From positions 11,609-75,608 of the forward strand of contig CAXFAI010000008.1 of NCBI GenBank assembly GCA_964001305.1: DNA of 64,000 bases, written 5' to 3'. A program made the position numbers and the translations under genes. Under the pieces are notes generated by a model. The model was not told the DNA's origin, did not search any database, and was given only the letters and a program-made list of their open reading frames with translations. Positions 9,475-19,111 of the stretch are shown piece by piece (position 1 is the first letter of the stretch; each line of letters opens with the position of its first letter). The DNA is from an uncultured Flavobacteriales bacterium. GTDB taxonomy: Bacteria; Bacteroidota; Bacteroidia; Flavobacteriales_E; Vicingaceae.

Positions 9475-10533
9475 ATGATGAATTTGTTGATCATATTAGC
9501 GATAGTACTAGGAATTATTGCTTTGTCGAAGGTTGTTAAAGTGCTTGAACAAGCTAGTTTCGCAAAAGGGGAGAATACGTATGAACCTAATGCGAAAGAA
9601 AATAAAATGCAAGCTTTATTAATGCCCTTGTTCTTGATTGCATATTTTGCCTTTGTAGCTTGGCAAGTAATCGCATGGGGAGATAGAATGTTACCTATTG
9701 CTGCTTCTGAGCATGGTTTGATTGTAGATCAATTAATGAATACTACATGGATAATTATTATCCCAGTATTTATCGGCACTCATATTTTACTTTTCTATTT
9801 TGCATGGAAGTATGCCTACGATAAGAATCGAAGAGCACAATTTTTTGCACACAGTAACAAGCTTGAAATGCTGTGGACAGCTATTCCAGCATTAGTGCTT
9901 CTAATCCTTATTTTATATGGGTTAAACATTTGGAATACCACAATGGAGCCTTTAACAGCTGAAGACGATCCAATTGAAATTGAATTATATGCGAGACAGT
10001 TTGATTGGACTGCCCGCTATCCTGGTGAAGATGGAAAATTTGGAGCAGCGAGTGTTCGTTTGATTGAAGGAGTGAATATGCTAGGTCTTGATTCTACTGA
10101 TCAAAGCGCATGGGACGATAAATATGTAAAGGCTGAATTTCATATTCCTGTTAACCGTCCAGTACAATTTTACTTTAGATCTCAAGATGTGATTCATAGT
10201 GCTTACATGCCTCACTTTAGAGCCCAAATGAATTGTGTACCTGGTATGACAACACGATTTAATTTTGTTCCAAATATGACCACTGTTGAAATGCAGGAAC
10301 ATTTAGGTGATCCTGAGTTTCAATATCAATTGGTTTGTAATAAAATTTGCGGTGCTGCTCATTATAATATGGGTATGCAAATAATAGTAGATAGTGAAGA
10401 GGATTATAAAAAGTGGCTATCTGAACAAAAAGTATTTTTAGAAGTTGAAGGTAATACAGCTGAAGTTTCTGAAGAGATTCAGCAAGTTGAAAATGAAATT
10501 ATTGAAGAGGCGACACAAACGTCTTCTTTGTAA
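9475..10533 (+). CDS. ctaC: Cytochrome c oxidase subunit II (CuA subunit, no fused cytochrome c domain)
   Basis: Two N-terminal TM helices. Cupredoxin motifs DVIHSAYMPHF and CNKICGAAHYNM. No CxxCH motif. Confidence 0.9.
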   Translation: MMNLLIILAIVLGIIALSKVVKVLEQASFAKGENTYEPNAKENKMQALLMPLFLIAYFAFVAWQVIAWGDRMLPIAASEHGLIVDQLMNTTWIIIIPVFIGTHILLFYFAWKYAYDKNRRAQFFAHSNKLEMLWTAIPALVLLILILYGLNIWNTTMEPLTAEDDPIEIELYARQFDWTARYPGEDGKFGAASVRLIEGVNMLGLDSTDQSAWDDKYVKAEFHIPVNRPVQFYFRSQDVIHSAYMPHFRAQMNCVPGMTTRFNFVPNMTTVEMQEHLGDPEFQYQLVCNKICGAAHYNMGMQIIVDSEEDYKKWLSEQKVFLEVEGNTAEVSEEIQQVENEIIEEATQTSSL

Positions 10534-10562
10534 AATATATTGAGCAATTAATTAGATAGGAA

Positions 10563-12326
10563 ATGTCAGCAACAGCACATCATCACGATAACGATTTTTT
10601 ATTTAAATATATCTTTAGTACAGATCATAAAATGATCGCTAAGCAATTCTTTATTACTGGTTCTTTTATGGGGCTAATAGGAATGCTGATGTCTGTAATC
10701 TTTAGATTGCAATTGGGATATCCAGGAGAAAGTTTTCCTTTCCTTGAAAGTTTTATAGGAGATTGGGCACCTGGTGGAATATTATCTCCAGATAAGTATT
10801 TAGCACTTGTTACTTTGCATGGAACCATTATGGTATTCTTTTTACTAACTGCGGGATTAAGTGGGACCTTTAGTAATCTTTTAATTCCATTACAAATTGG
10901 AGCTAGAGATATGGCATCAGGCTTTATGAATATGCTTTCATATTGGTTTTTCTTCTTGTCAAGCTGTATCATGATTGCCTCTCTTTTTGTAGAAGGTGGC
11001 CCTGCTTCAGGAGGATGGACAATTTATCCTCCATTAAGTGCACTTCCAGACGCTATACCAGGTTCAGGAATGGGTATGACTTTGTGGATTGTGTCAATGG
11101 CCTTATTTATTGTTTCTTCTCTTTTAGGAAGTTTGAATTATATCGTTACTGTTTTTAATTTAAGAACGAAGGGAATGACTATGACAAGAATGCCTCTAAC
11201 AATTTGGGCTTTCTTAATCACTGCGGTTTTAGGTGTTTTATCTTTCCCTGTTTTATTCTCTGCAGTATTACTATTGTTTTTCGATAGAAGTTTTGGAACA
11301 AGTTTTTACTTGTCGGACATTTACATTGCAGGACAAGCTTTAGAAGTTGAAGGTGGAAGCCCTATCTTATACGAGCATTTATTTTGGTTCTTAGGTCATC
11401 CTGAGGTTTATATCATTTTATTACCTGCATTGGGAATTACCTCAGAGGTTGTAGCTACAAGTTCAAGAAAGCCAATTTTTGGTTATAGAGCAATGATCGG
11501 TTCTATTTTGGCAATTGGATTTATTTCTTTCTTGGTATGGGGACATCACATGTTTGTTACCGGAATGAACCCATTCTTAGGAGCTGTATTTACATTTACA
11601 ACTTTATTAGTAGCCATACCATCTGCGGTTAAGGTATTTAACTACTTAACCACACTTTGGAAAGGAAACATCAAGTTTACCCCTGCTATGCTTTTTGCTA
11701 TTGGACTTGTTTCAACCTTTATAACTGGTGGGCTAACCGGAATCATTCTAGGGGATTCTGCATTAGATATCAATGTTCATGATACATACTTTGTTGTAGG
11801 TCACTTCCATATCGTTATGGGGCTGTCTGGGACATTCGGTATGATTTCGGGTATTTATCACTGGTTTCCGAAAATGTTTGGACGAATGATGAATAAAAGC
11901 CTTGGTTTTGCTCACTTTTGGTTAACAATCATTACCGCCTATGGAATATTTTTTCCCATGCATTTCTTAGGTTTAGCAGGCGTTCCAAGAAGATATTATG
12001 CGAATACTGAATTTCCAATGTTTAACGAAATGTATGATATCAATGAGTTGATTACAGTATTTGCTATTTTAGCCGCAGCTGCTCAAGGAATCTTTATTTT
12101 CAATATCTTCTATAGTATTTTTAAAGGACCAAAGGCACCTCAAAATCCTTGGGAGTCTACTACATTGGAGTGGACAACTCCAGTAGAACATATTCATGGA
12201 AACTGGCCTGGAGAAATACCAACTGTTCATCGTTGGGCATACGATTACTCAAAGCCAGGTTTTGAAGAAGACTTTATTCCTCAAACAGTTCCACTTAGAG
12301 AAGGAGAAGATGGCGATGGCCATTAA
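10563..12326 (+). CDS. ctaD: Cytochrome c oxidase subunit I
   Basis: 587 aa with haem-copper signatures WFLGHPEVYIILLP (His-Tyr site), VWGHHMF and VVGHFHIVM. Confidence 0.95.
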   Translation: MSATAHHHDNDFLFKYIFSTDHKMIAKQFFITGSFMGLIGMLMSVIFRLQLGYPGESFPFLESFIGDWAPGGILSPDKYLALVTLHGTIMVFFLLTAGLSGTFSNLLIPLQIGARDMASGFMNMLSYWFFFLSSCIMIASLFVEGGPASGGWTIYPPLSALPDAIPGSGMGMTLWIVSMALFIVSSLLGSLNYIVTVFNLRTKGMTMTRMPLTIWAFLITAVLGVLSFPVLFSAVLLLFFDRSFGTSFYLSDIYIAGQALEVEGGSPILYEHLFWFLGHPEVYIILLPALGITSEVVATSSRKPIFGYRAMIGSILAIGFISFLVWGHHMFVTGMNPFLGAVFTFTTLLVAIPSAVKVFNYLTTLWKGNIKFTPAMLFAIGLVSTFITGGLTGIILGDSALDINVHDTYFVVGHFHIVMGLSGTFGMISGIYHWFPKMFGRMMNKSLGFAHFWLTIITAYGIFFPMHFLGLAGVPRRYYANTEFPMFNEMYDINELITVFAILAAAAQGIFIFNIFYSIFKGPKAPQNPWESTTLEWTTPVEHIHGNWPGEIPTVHRWAYDYSKPGFEEDFIPQTVPLREGEDGDGH

Positions 12327-12346
12327 TATAATATAACTTTAAATTG

Positions 12347-12379
12347 AATGTCCTTAATTTCGTTAAGGACATTTTTTTT
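12347..12379 (+). terminator. Rho-independent terminator of the act-cta operon
   Basis: Perfect 11-bp stem AATGTCCTTAA (12347-12357) / TTAAGGACATT (12363-12373) with a 5-nt loop, followed by a T-run to 12379. Lies 20 nt after the ctaD stop. Confidence 0.8.
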
Positions 12380-12382
12380 ACA

Positions 12383-13003
12383 TTGAAAAAATTACTGTTA
12401 TTATTTCTGTTTAGCCTATTTATAGTTCTTTCTAAGGGTCAAAGCTTCGAACAAGAGCTACGACAATCCCTATCAGAAAAGCCGAAATTTGAATTTCGAT
12501 TTGATTCTAGAAATTCATTTATAAATCAAAGTAGTGTTCGTGTGATAGGGATAAAAGCAGGAATACAATTTGAAAAGAAGTTAAGTTTTGGATTAGGCTA
12601 TAATCAGTTATGGTCAAAAATAAAAAAGGAGATTTCGATCAATAGTAACATATATCAAGGTACTATAGGTTATTACTATATTTCTCCTTATGTAGAGTAT
12701 GCATTTTATAAAGATGAAAGATGGCAATTGAGTATTCCTGTTCAATTTGGGTTTGGAGAGAGCTTTTATACATATAGAGTAGGAGATGAGCGGAAGTTCT
12801 TATCTAGAAAATTTGTTTGTTCTTATGAACCCGCTATAGCTTTTGAGTATCGCTTTTTAGATTATTTCGGGGCAGGTATGGGAGTCGGTTATCGGCTTAT
12901 GATTGCAACCAATAAAGAGCTTGATGAGCAGTTTACTTCTCCTGTTTATATTTTTAAATTGAAGATTTATTTTGAACGCTTATGGGAAGATATCAAACCA
13001 TAA
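12383..13003 (+). CDS. Hypothetical secreted or outer-membrane beta-barrel-like protein
   Basis: The ORF track starts at TTG 12344, but that stretch is the terminator hairpin. The in-frame TTG at 12383 gives (M)KKLLLLFLFSLFIVLSKGQS, a signal peptide. Alternating beta-strand-like pattern with aromatic residues throughout. Confidence 0.5.
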   Translation: MKKLLLLFLFSLFIVLSKGQSFEQELRQSLSEKPKFEFRFDSRNSFINQSSVRVIGIKAGIQFEKKLSFGLGYNQLWSKIKKEISINSNIYQGTIGYYYISPYVEYAFYKDERWQLSIPVQFGFGESFYTYRVGDERKFLSRKFVCSYEPAIAFEYRFLDYFGAGMGVGYRLMIATNKELDEQFTSPVYIFKLKIYFERLWEDIKP

Positions 13004-13025
13004 TCAGTAGATTCGTTTAGTAACT

Positions 13026-14045
13026 ATGAATGAGAATTTAAATCCGGAGTTTCAGAATTCAGAAGAACTTGAGTTTGACAAGGTACTTCGTCCACTATCC
13101 TTTAGTGACTTTAGTGGGCAAGATAAGATTGTTGAAAACCTTAAAATTTTTGTAGAAGCAGCAAAGCTGAGAGGTGAAGCATTAGATCATGTTTTATTGC
13201 ATGGACCACCCGGGCTTGGTAAAACAACCTTAGCAAATATCATAGCAGAAGAATTAGAAGTATCATTCCGACTTACTTCAGGGCCAGTGTTGGAAAAACC
13301 TGCTGATTTAGCTGGTTTATTAACCAATTTAGATGAAGGAGACGTATTATTTATTGATGAAATTCATCGTTTGAGTCCTGTAGTTGAAGAGTATTTGTAC
13401 TCGGCAATGGAGGACTACAAAATTGATATTATGATTGATTCAGGGCCTAATGCTAGGTCTGTTCAAATAAAATTAAACCCCTTTACACTCATTGGGGCAA
13501 CTACCCGAGCAGGTTTATTAACCGCTCCATTACGTGCACGATTTGGAATAAATTCTAGATTGGAATATTATGACAAGGATTTATTGGCCCGAATTGCGAT
13601 TCGTTCAGCAGGAATATTGAAAGTGAATATTTTGAATGATGCAGCCTTAGAAATCGCGGGTAGAAGTAGAGGTACACCTCGTATAGTAAATGCTTTGCTA
13701 AGGAGAGTAAGGGACTTTGCCCAAATAAAAGGGAATGGATCGATTGATTTGAAAATTTCTAATATGGCACTTTCTGCTTTAAATGTCGATAAACATGGCC
13801 TAGATGAAATGGATAATCGAATTCTGACTACCATCATTGATAAGTTTAAAGGCGGTCCAGTTGGCTTAACTACAATTGCAACAGCTGTTGGTGAACAAGC
13901 TGGAACTATAGAAGAAGTATATGAGCCTTTTTTGATTAAAGAAGGCTTTTTAAATCGCACACCTCGTGGGAGAGAAACAACTTCACTTGCTTATAAACAC
14001 CTTGGCAGAAAGAGACCAAGTAGTGATGGCACTTTATTTGACTAA
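13026..14045 (+). CDS. ruvB: Holliday junction branch-migration helicase RuvB
   Basis: Walker [18 protein letters not shown], Walker B/DEIH region [10 protein letters not shown], and overall RuvB layout. Confidence 0.97.
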   Translation: MNENLNPEFQNSEELEFDKVLRPLSFSDFSGQDKIVENLKIFVEAAKLRGEALDHVLLHGPPGLGKTTLANIIAEELEVSFRLTSGPVLEKPADLAGLLTNLDEGDVLFIDEIHRLSPVVEEYLYSAMEDYKIDIMIDSGPNARSVQIKLNPFTLIGATTRAGLLTAPLRARFGINSRLEYYDKDLLARIAIRSAGILKVNILNDAALEIAGRSRGTPRIVNALLRRVRDFAQIKGNGSIDLKISNMALSALNVDKHGLDEMDNRILTTIIDKFKGGPVGLTTIATAVGEQAGTIEEVYEPFLIKEGFLNRTPRGRETTSLAYKHLGRKRPSSDGTLFD

Positions 14046-14047
14046 AG

Positions 14048-14992
14048 TTGAATCCTCAAAAAGCGACATCTTTATTAAAATCGAAAGCCTATCAATTGGG
14101 GTTTGACTTCGTGGGTATTTCTAATGCTAAAAAGCTCGAATCTGATGAGGCTAGATTGGAGAATTGGCTAAAAAAGAACAATAATGCTACCATGAGTTAC
14201 ATGGAGAAATATTACGAAAAGAGACTTGACCCACGAAAGCTAGTTCCAGGTACACAAAGCGTAGTCACTTTTCTCTTTAACTATCATACGCCCAATAAAC
14301 AAAGCGATATGAAGGCGCCAAAACTTGCAAAGTATGCTTATGGAAAGGATTATCATTTTGTTATTAAAGAGAAATTAAAGGAGCTTTTTAATTATTTAAA
14401 GGTAGAGATTGGTTCAATTGAAGGGAGGTATTTTGTAGATTCGGCTCCTGTTTTAGATCGAGCTTGGGCGCGTGAGAGCGGACTGGGTTGGATCGGAAAA
14501 AATAGTATGCTAATCAATAAAAATAGAGGTTCTGATTTTTTTATAGCTACGATGATGCTTGATTTCAAATTTGAAGCTGATGGACCTATAAAAGATTACT
14601 GTGGTAATTGTACAAGATGCATTGATAGTTGTCCTACGGATGCAATTCTTGATAATAGAACCATTAACTCAAATCAATGTATTTCATTTTTAACTATTGA
14701 GCTTAGGGATAGTCAAATTCCAGAGCAATTTGCAAACAAAATGAATAATTGGGCTTTTGGTTGTGATATTTGTCAAGATGTTTGTCCTTGGAACCGTTTT
14801 GCCTCAATGAATAAAGAACCTCAATTTCTTCCAAATGAAGAATTGATGAATTTAAATAGCGATGAATGGCATGCTATGGAAAAGGAGCAATTTGATAGGC
14901 TCTTTAAAAAATCAGCAGTGAAAAGAACCAAATTTGTTGGTTTAAAACGAAATCTAGATTTTCTTAAGAAATCGTCTCAAAAACTTCAATGA
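14048..14992 (+). CDS. queG: Epoxyqueuosine reductase QueG
   Basis: TTG start. Ferredoxin motifs CGNCTRCIDSCPTDAI and CDICQDVCPWNRF. N-terminus KAYQLGFDFVGI is typical of QueG. Confidence 0.9.
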   Translation: MNPQKATSLLKSKAYQLGFDFVGISNAKKLESDEARLENWLKKNNNATMSYMEKYYEKRLDPRKLVPGTQSVVTFLFNYHTPNKQSDMKAPKLAKYAYGKDYHFVIKEKLKELFNYLKVEIGSIEGRYFVDSAPVLDRAWARESGLGWIGKNSMLINKNRGSDFFIATMMLDFKFEADGPIKDYCGNCTRCIDSCPTDAILDNRTINSNQCISFLTIELRDSQIPEQFANKMNNWAFGCDICQDVCPWNRFASMNKEPQFLPNEELMNLNSDEWHAMEKEQFDRLFKKSAVKRTKFVGLKRNLDFLKKSSQKLQ

Positions 14993-15152
14993 TAATATCC
15001 TTATAAAGGTGACCAAAAGTTGCTAGACACCATGCTTTAAGCATGATCGATTCTTTTGGTTTTAACCACCTTTTTGACTTTACTAATTCTTTTCTAAACA
15101 ACGTTCTATCAAAGCTCACACGAGTGAGCACCTTTTTACTTAATTCATACAT
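14964..15152 (-). CDS. Small hypothetical protein (about 62 aa)
   Basis: ORF 14964-15176. I prefer the ATG at 15152 (MYELSKKVLTRVSFDRTLFRKELVKSKRWLKPKE...). Same strand as the ubiX operon and 85 nt downstream of it (61 nt if the TTG at 15176 is the start). Its 3' end overlaps the queG 3' end by 29 nt, convergently. Confidence 0.4.
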   Translation of the reverse strand: MYELSKKVLTRVSFDRTLFRKELVKSKRWLKPKESIMLKAWCLATFGHLYKDIIIEVFETIS

Positions 15153-15237
15153 AGTCGTTCGGTATTGGAGTCTCAATTTACAAAAAAATAAACCACAAAC
15201 TATAGAATTACTTCATTAGTTAATTAAGAAGTATTTG

Positions 15238-15813
15238 TTAATATTTTTCACCCCATCGGAAAGAAGTGTTCTCTATCTCAAGTAAGTCAATCACACGATT
15301 TACTACGGTCATAGCAAGCTCTTCAATATTCATTGGGTTAGAATAAAAAGAGGGAGAGGCGGGGCAAATTATGCCACCAGCTTCAGTTATTAATTTCATG
15401 TTATTAAGGTGAATGAGATTATATGGAGTTTCTCTGGCAACCAAGATAAGTTTTCTTCTTTCTTTTAACATAACATCCGCAGCCCTGGTAATTAAATCAT
15501 CAGAAATCCCATGAGCTATTCTTCCTATAGTTCCCATTGAACATGGAACAACAACCATGCTGTTAAATTTAGCTGATCCTGAGGCAAATGGTGCCATAAA
15601 ATCACTTTTACCATAGATTTTAAAAGGAACGTTTTTGTAATCGGTGTTTGAGAGTTCTGTTTCCCAAACTAACTTAGCATTGTTAGACATTACTATTCCA
15701 ACTTCTTTAAGTTGATCTTGATACTTTAAAAGCTGATCAAGAAGAAGTTTAGCGTATATGGACCCTGATGCTCCTGTAATTGCAACAACTATTTTATGCT
15801 CCATCATCACCAA
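15238..15813 (-). CDS. ubiX: Flavin prenyltransferase UbiX (prenyl-FMN synthase)
   Basis: KIVVAITGASGSIYAKLL and VVPCSMGTIGRIAHGISDDLITRAADV motifs. 191 aa. Confidence 0.93.
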   Translation of the reverse strand: MVMMEHKIVVAITGASGSIYAKLLLDQLLKYQDQLKEVGIVMSNNAKLVWETELSNTDYKNVPFKIYGKSDFMAPFASGSAKFNSMVVVPCSMGTIGRIAHGISDDLITRAADVMLKERRKLILVARETPYNLIHLNNMKLITEAGGIICPASPSFYSNPMNIEELAMTVVNRVIDLLEIENTSFRWGEKY

Positions 15814-16423
15814 GGAATTTGTATCTCATTGTAAAACTTAAATACATATTGGTCATCCCACTTTCGAATCGCCAATTGGCACCACTGTCATATTTTCTAA
15901 CGGGAAGAATAGAATGACTAAACCGCCAATTCATGATAATATTTTTCGTGAAATTAAAGTTAACACCTGCCAATCCCCCAATGTCATAATTTCTAAACTT
16001 GTTTAAGGGCTCAGGAATATCAAACGGGCCGTTTTCATCTCTCATATATTGATTGACAAGTTGACCGTAATATACTCCACCTTCAAAGGTGAATTTGTTA
16101 TTTCTAAACTTGGCCATGATTGGAATTTCAATATAATCCAACCTTAACAAAAACTCTTCTGTATCATTGTTCTCAACATCTCTGTTTTTTCTACTTCCTT
16201 TTTGACTGTAATTTATTTCAAACTGAAGATTTACTTTTTGAGAAATATCAATATTTGAATATAAACCGAGCAGAAGTCCTGCTTTATTAAAACCAGAGTA
16301 GCCATCTCCACCTACTTGTGAGGCATTAATTCCAGCCAATCCACCTGCGTTAAAACTTTGAGCATGCGCAAAATGGAGACTAAAAAAAATTAAAAGTCCG
16401 AATGTCAGTAGCTTTTTAAACAT
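15794..16423 (-). CDS. Small outer-membrane beta-barrel (porin-family, OMP_b-brl type) protein
   Basis: Signal peptide ending HFAHAQ. 209 aa with alternating-strand pattern. Its stop overlaps the ubiX start by 20 nt. Confidence 0.7.
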   Translation of the reverse strand: MFKKLLTFGLLIFFSLHFAHAQSFNAGGLAGINASQVGGDGYSGFNKAGLLLGLYSNIDISQKVNLQFEINYSQKGSRKNRDVENNDTEEFLLRLDYIEIPIMAKFRNNKFTFEGGVYYGQLVNQYMRDENGPFDIPEPLNKFRNYDIGGLAGVNFNFTKNIIMNWRFSHSILPVRKYDSGANWRFESGMTNMYLSFTMRYKFLGDDGA

Positions 16424-16471
16424 GCTACTAAGTTAACCCTCAAAAATGAAAAGGGTTTTAGTGCGTTTAAA

Positions 16472-17419
16472 CTATTTGTTGATATAAACAGAGTTTGCTT
16501 GTATTACTTCAAAAGAGCTTTGATCATTATTGAAAATAAAAGCAACCACATTCATGTTTGAAGCATTCCAAGAACTGTTTAATGGAGTAATATATTGGAT
16601 AGATTCGGTATCACCACTAATAGCATCTTTTAGATCTTTGCCAAATGCGTCATTGACTACCTTCCTTAAGACATGTTGATGACTGTAAAACTCGATATCC
16701 GTCCCACCATTCTTTTGCCAATCAATAATGTCACTTTCTATCAAATAGACTGAGATGTTATAATCTTCACTCAAATCTGCTAACCAATTTACATCCAGTT
16801 GAATTCGAACAGCATTAACATCAGAAGAAAAATAGGTTTTAACAGCTAGACTAGCCTTTGGAGAGTCATTTGTGTATGCTCTAATTAAGCTTTCCCAGGT
16901 GTCTTTTTTAGTTACAGTTCCTCCAACTCGATTTACTATACCCGATGGGTAGCCAACCGTACTTGTGTTAAACAAAGCAGCATAGTCTTCTCCAAATTCA
17001 TCTTCATCCTTAAAGTCAGTGGTGTATTTACCAAATGAAGCTGGGAATGTTGCAGCAAAGTTTCCAGTATGTATTGCTACCGATATAAGTTGATTTCCAA
17101 AAAGGCTATCTAACCGTTCAATTTCTTTACTTGCAGCAGGACAATTAGGACAAGTATGCCCTGTATATTCCTCTAAAAGTATAAAGCGTTGTGATAAGTT
17201 ATTAGGAGCAGTTTTTTCAGTCCAAGTGTTATTTTCAATAAAATCTCTAAGGTCACTTGCACTTTGAAAGCCAAAGGCTGGATCTGAAATATATTCTGTA
17301 CTATCATCCAATTGAAAAGATTGACCTGCATTTTCAGGAATTGGATCGTCTACTTTGTCACAAGCAAAGAAGAAAATTCCGAATAAAAGAATAGCTGTTG
17401 TTTTCAAAAATATTTTCAT
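16472..17419 (-). CDS. Omp28-related thioredoxin-like lipoprotein
   Basis: Lipoprotein signal LLFGIFFFACDK. EEYTGHTCPNCPAASKEIERL CxxC motif in a thioredoxin-fold-like context. 315 aa. Confidence 0.7.
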   Translation of the reverse strand: MKIFLKTTAILLFGIFFFACDKVDDPIPENAGQSFQLDDSTEYISDPAFGFQSASDLRDFIENNTWTEKTAPNNLSQRFILLEEYTGHTCPNCPAASKEIERLDSLFGNQLISVAIHTGNFAATFPASFGKYTTDFKDEDEFGEDYAALFNTSTVGYPSGIVNRVGGTVTKKDTWESLIRAYTNDSPKASLAVKTYFSSDVNAVRIQLDVNWLADLSEDYNISVYLIESDIIDWQKNGGTDIEFYSHQHVLRKVVNDAFGKDLKDAISGDTESIQYITPLNSSWNASNMNVVAFIFNNDQSSFEVIQANSVYINK

Positions 17420-17431
17420 AACTCTAATTTA

Positions 17432-19084
17432 CTAAAAACTACTTGTAACAGATAAGAAAAGACCATTTGAAGCAGGTACAACTCTACAAACTCCTCCTAC
17501 ACAGAATATTCCTGCTCTTTGTCTTCCATAGCTTAGGCTAATGCGATTACCACCATCTATATAGCCAAAAGAAGCGTTGTAATAGTGTACTCTTGCATCA
17601 GTTTCTGAGTTGCCGTAATTGTATTGATCAAGAAGGGCAAAAAACCAATGTGGAGAGTAAGTATACTCAAATAATAAAGTAGCCCAATCTCCTTCATCTT
17701 GTTCGGTTACAAGAATTTGGGCTTCGGTTCTTAAAGCATTTCGAATATTAAACTTATAAGTTACGTCTGCTACACCAATGTTGGCATATACCATTCCTTC
17801 TCCAGGTTTTTCAATTACATCACCATTATAAACAATATTTGCATATGTAAATCGACCCTTCACTTTTTTAGAAAACTTCTTATTGATTTGAACATTAAAG
17901 TCTTTAAAGTAAACCTCACCTATTCCGAAAAGTTCAGACTTATAACCTTTACGAGCTCCTAACTCATCATTTAAAGAAGTGGTGTCAAGATTGTTAGCAG
18001 TAGAGTAGTTTAATTGAATATCCATACCTGTTTCACCACCTAGTTTAGTCCCTTTTTTAAACTTATAAATTAAGTCCCCTTGAAAAGCAACTTCTCCATT
18101 TAATTGGGTTGCATAAGGGTATAAAGTTGCTAAGAGATTGTAAGTGTGTTGTTTAGTAAGCGCAGGTAAGTAGTTGATTAATAAATTTTGGAGTCCTTCC
18201 GTTCGATCAGATCGAAAACTAAAATTATCATTTCGTTTGGCAGCTAAAACAATTCCTAATCCTTTTTGAGAGTATGAGGTTTGAAGAAAAAAGGCACTAC
18301 CTGATTTATAGATGAAACCATTGTCTGCAGAAGGGTCATTGTATTTATAAGCATATTCTGAATTAACATTGATTTTTCCTCTTGTTAAATTAATTCTTCC
18401 TGACATGGCTGCTACATTTTCGGGAAGTACAAAACGAGAATCTTGATCCGCTTGATATTTACTAACCGCACTACCTCCAATGAGAATTTTAGTTTTACTT
18501 TCTGCAAGCTTGCCATAAACATCATTTAAGTATATTTCTGCGTCAAACCCTCTAACAATTCCTTCTCCAAAATCAAAAAATAAGCGTTGTTTACCAGTAA
18601 GCCCTGTTAATGTAACTCCTTTAAAAGGTTTGTATTTAATGCGAATACCATCCAAGGCATTATCATATCCTAGTCCTCTTTCTTCATAAGTTCTAAGAAT
18701 CAAGCCGTTTCCGAATTGTTCATAGAAGTTACCAACTGTTACTGATAGTTTATCTTTCGTAAAAGAGGCATATCTATAGGCGATGCCGTTGCCTTCATAG
18801 CCTTCGGGAAACCCTAATAGTGGTGTTAAATAGCTTTCATAACGGACACCTGTCGAAAAATTCCCATTGGTATAGATAAGGTTTAAAAAACTGTTTGATC
18901 TAATTTTTTCAGGTACATCTTCAGCTCCAATGGTACTATCTTCTTGGTAGTACTGCATGTCAATTTGAAAGTTGCCTCGAATTTCACCACGATTCATGAT
19001 TTCTTCAAAATTCTGAGCAAAGGAATTAAATGAAAAAAGCGAGAAAGCAATTAAGCATCCCGCTAAGCGTATTTTTTTCGTCAT
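17432..19084 (-). CDS. Large outer-membrane beta-barrel protein (DUF6029-like)
   Basis: Signal peptide ...FSFNSFAQ. 550 aa of strand-like repeats. C-terminal ...LFLSVTSSF with a terminal Phe. Cys pair FCVGGVCRVVPASNG near the C-terminus. Confidence 0.65.
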   Translation of the reverse strand: MTKKIRLAGCLIAFSLFSFNSFAQNFEEIMNRGEIRGNFQIDMQYYQEDSTIGAEDVPEKIRSNSFLNLIYTNGNFSTGVRYESYLTPLLGFPEGYEGNGIAYRYASFTKDKLSVTVGNFYEQFGNGLILRTYEERGLGYDNALDGIRIKYKPFKGVTLTGLTGKQRLFFDFGEGIVRGFDAEIYLNDVYGKLAESKTKILIGGSAVSKYQADQDSRFVLPENVAAMSGRINLTRGKINVNSEYAYKYNDPSADNGFIYKSGSAFFLQTSYSQKGLGIVLAAKRNDNFSFRSDRTEGLQNLLINYLPALTKQHTYNLLATLYPYATQLNGEVAFQGDLIYKFKKGTKLGGETGMDIQLNYSTANNLDTTSLNDELGARKGYKSELFGIGEVYFKDFNVQINKKFSKKVKGRFTYANIVYNGDVIEKPGEGMVYANIGVADVTYKFNIRNALRTEAQILVTEQDEGDWATLLFEYTYSPHWFFALLDQYNYGNSETDARVHYYNASFGYIDGGNRISLSYGRQRAGIFCVGGVCRVVPASNGLFLSVTSSF

Positions 19085-19111
19085 TGATTAGATTTAAAAT
19101 GGAGGTAGTAA

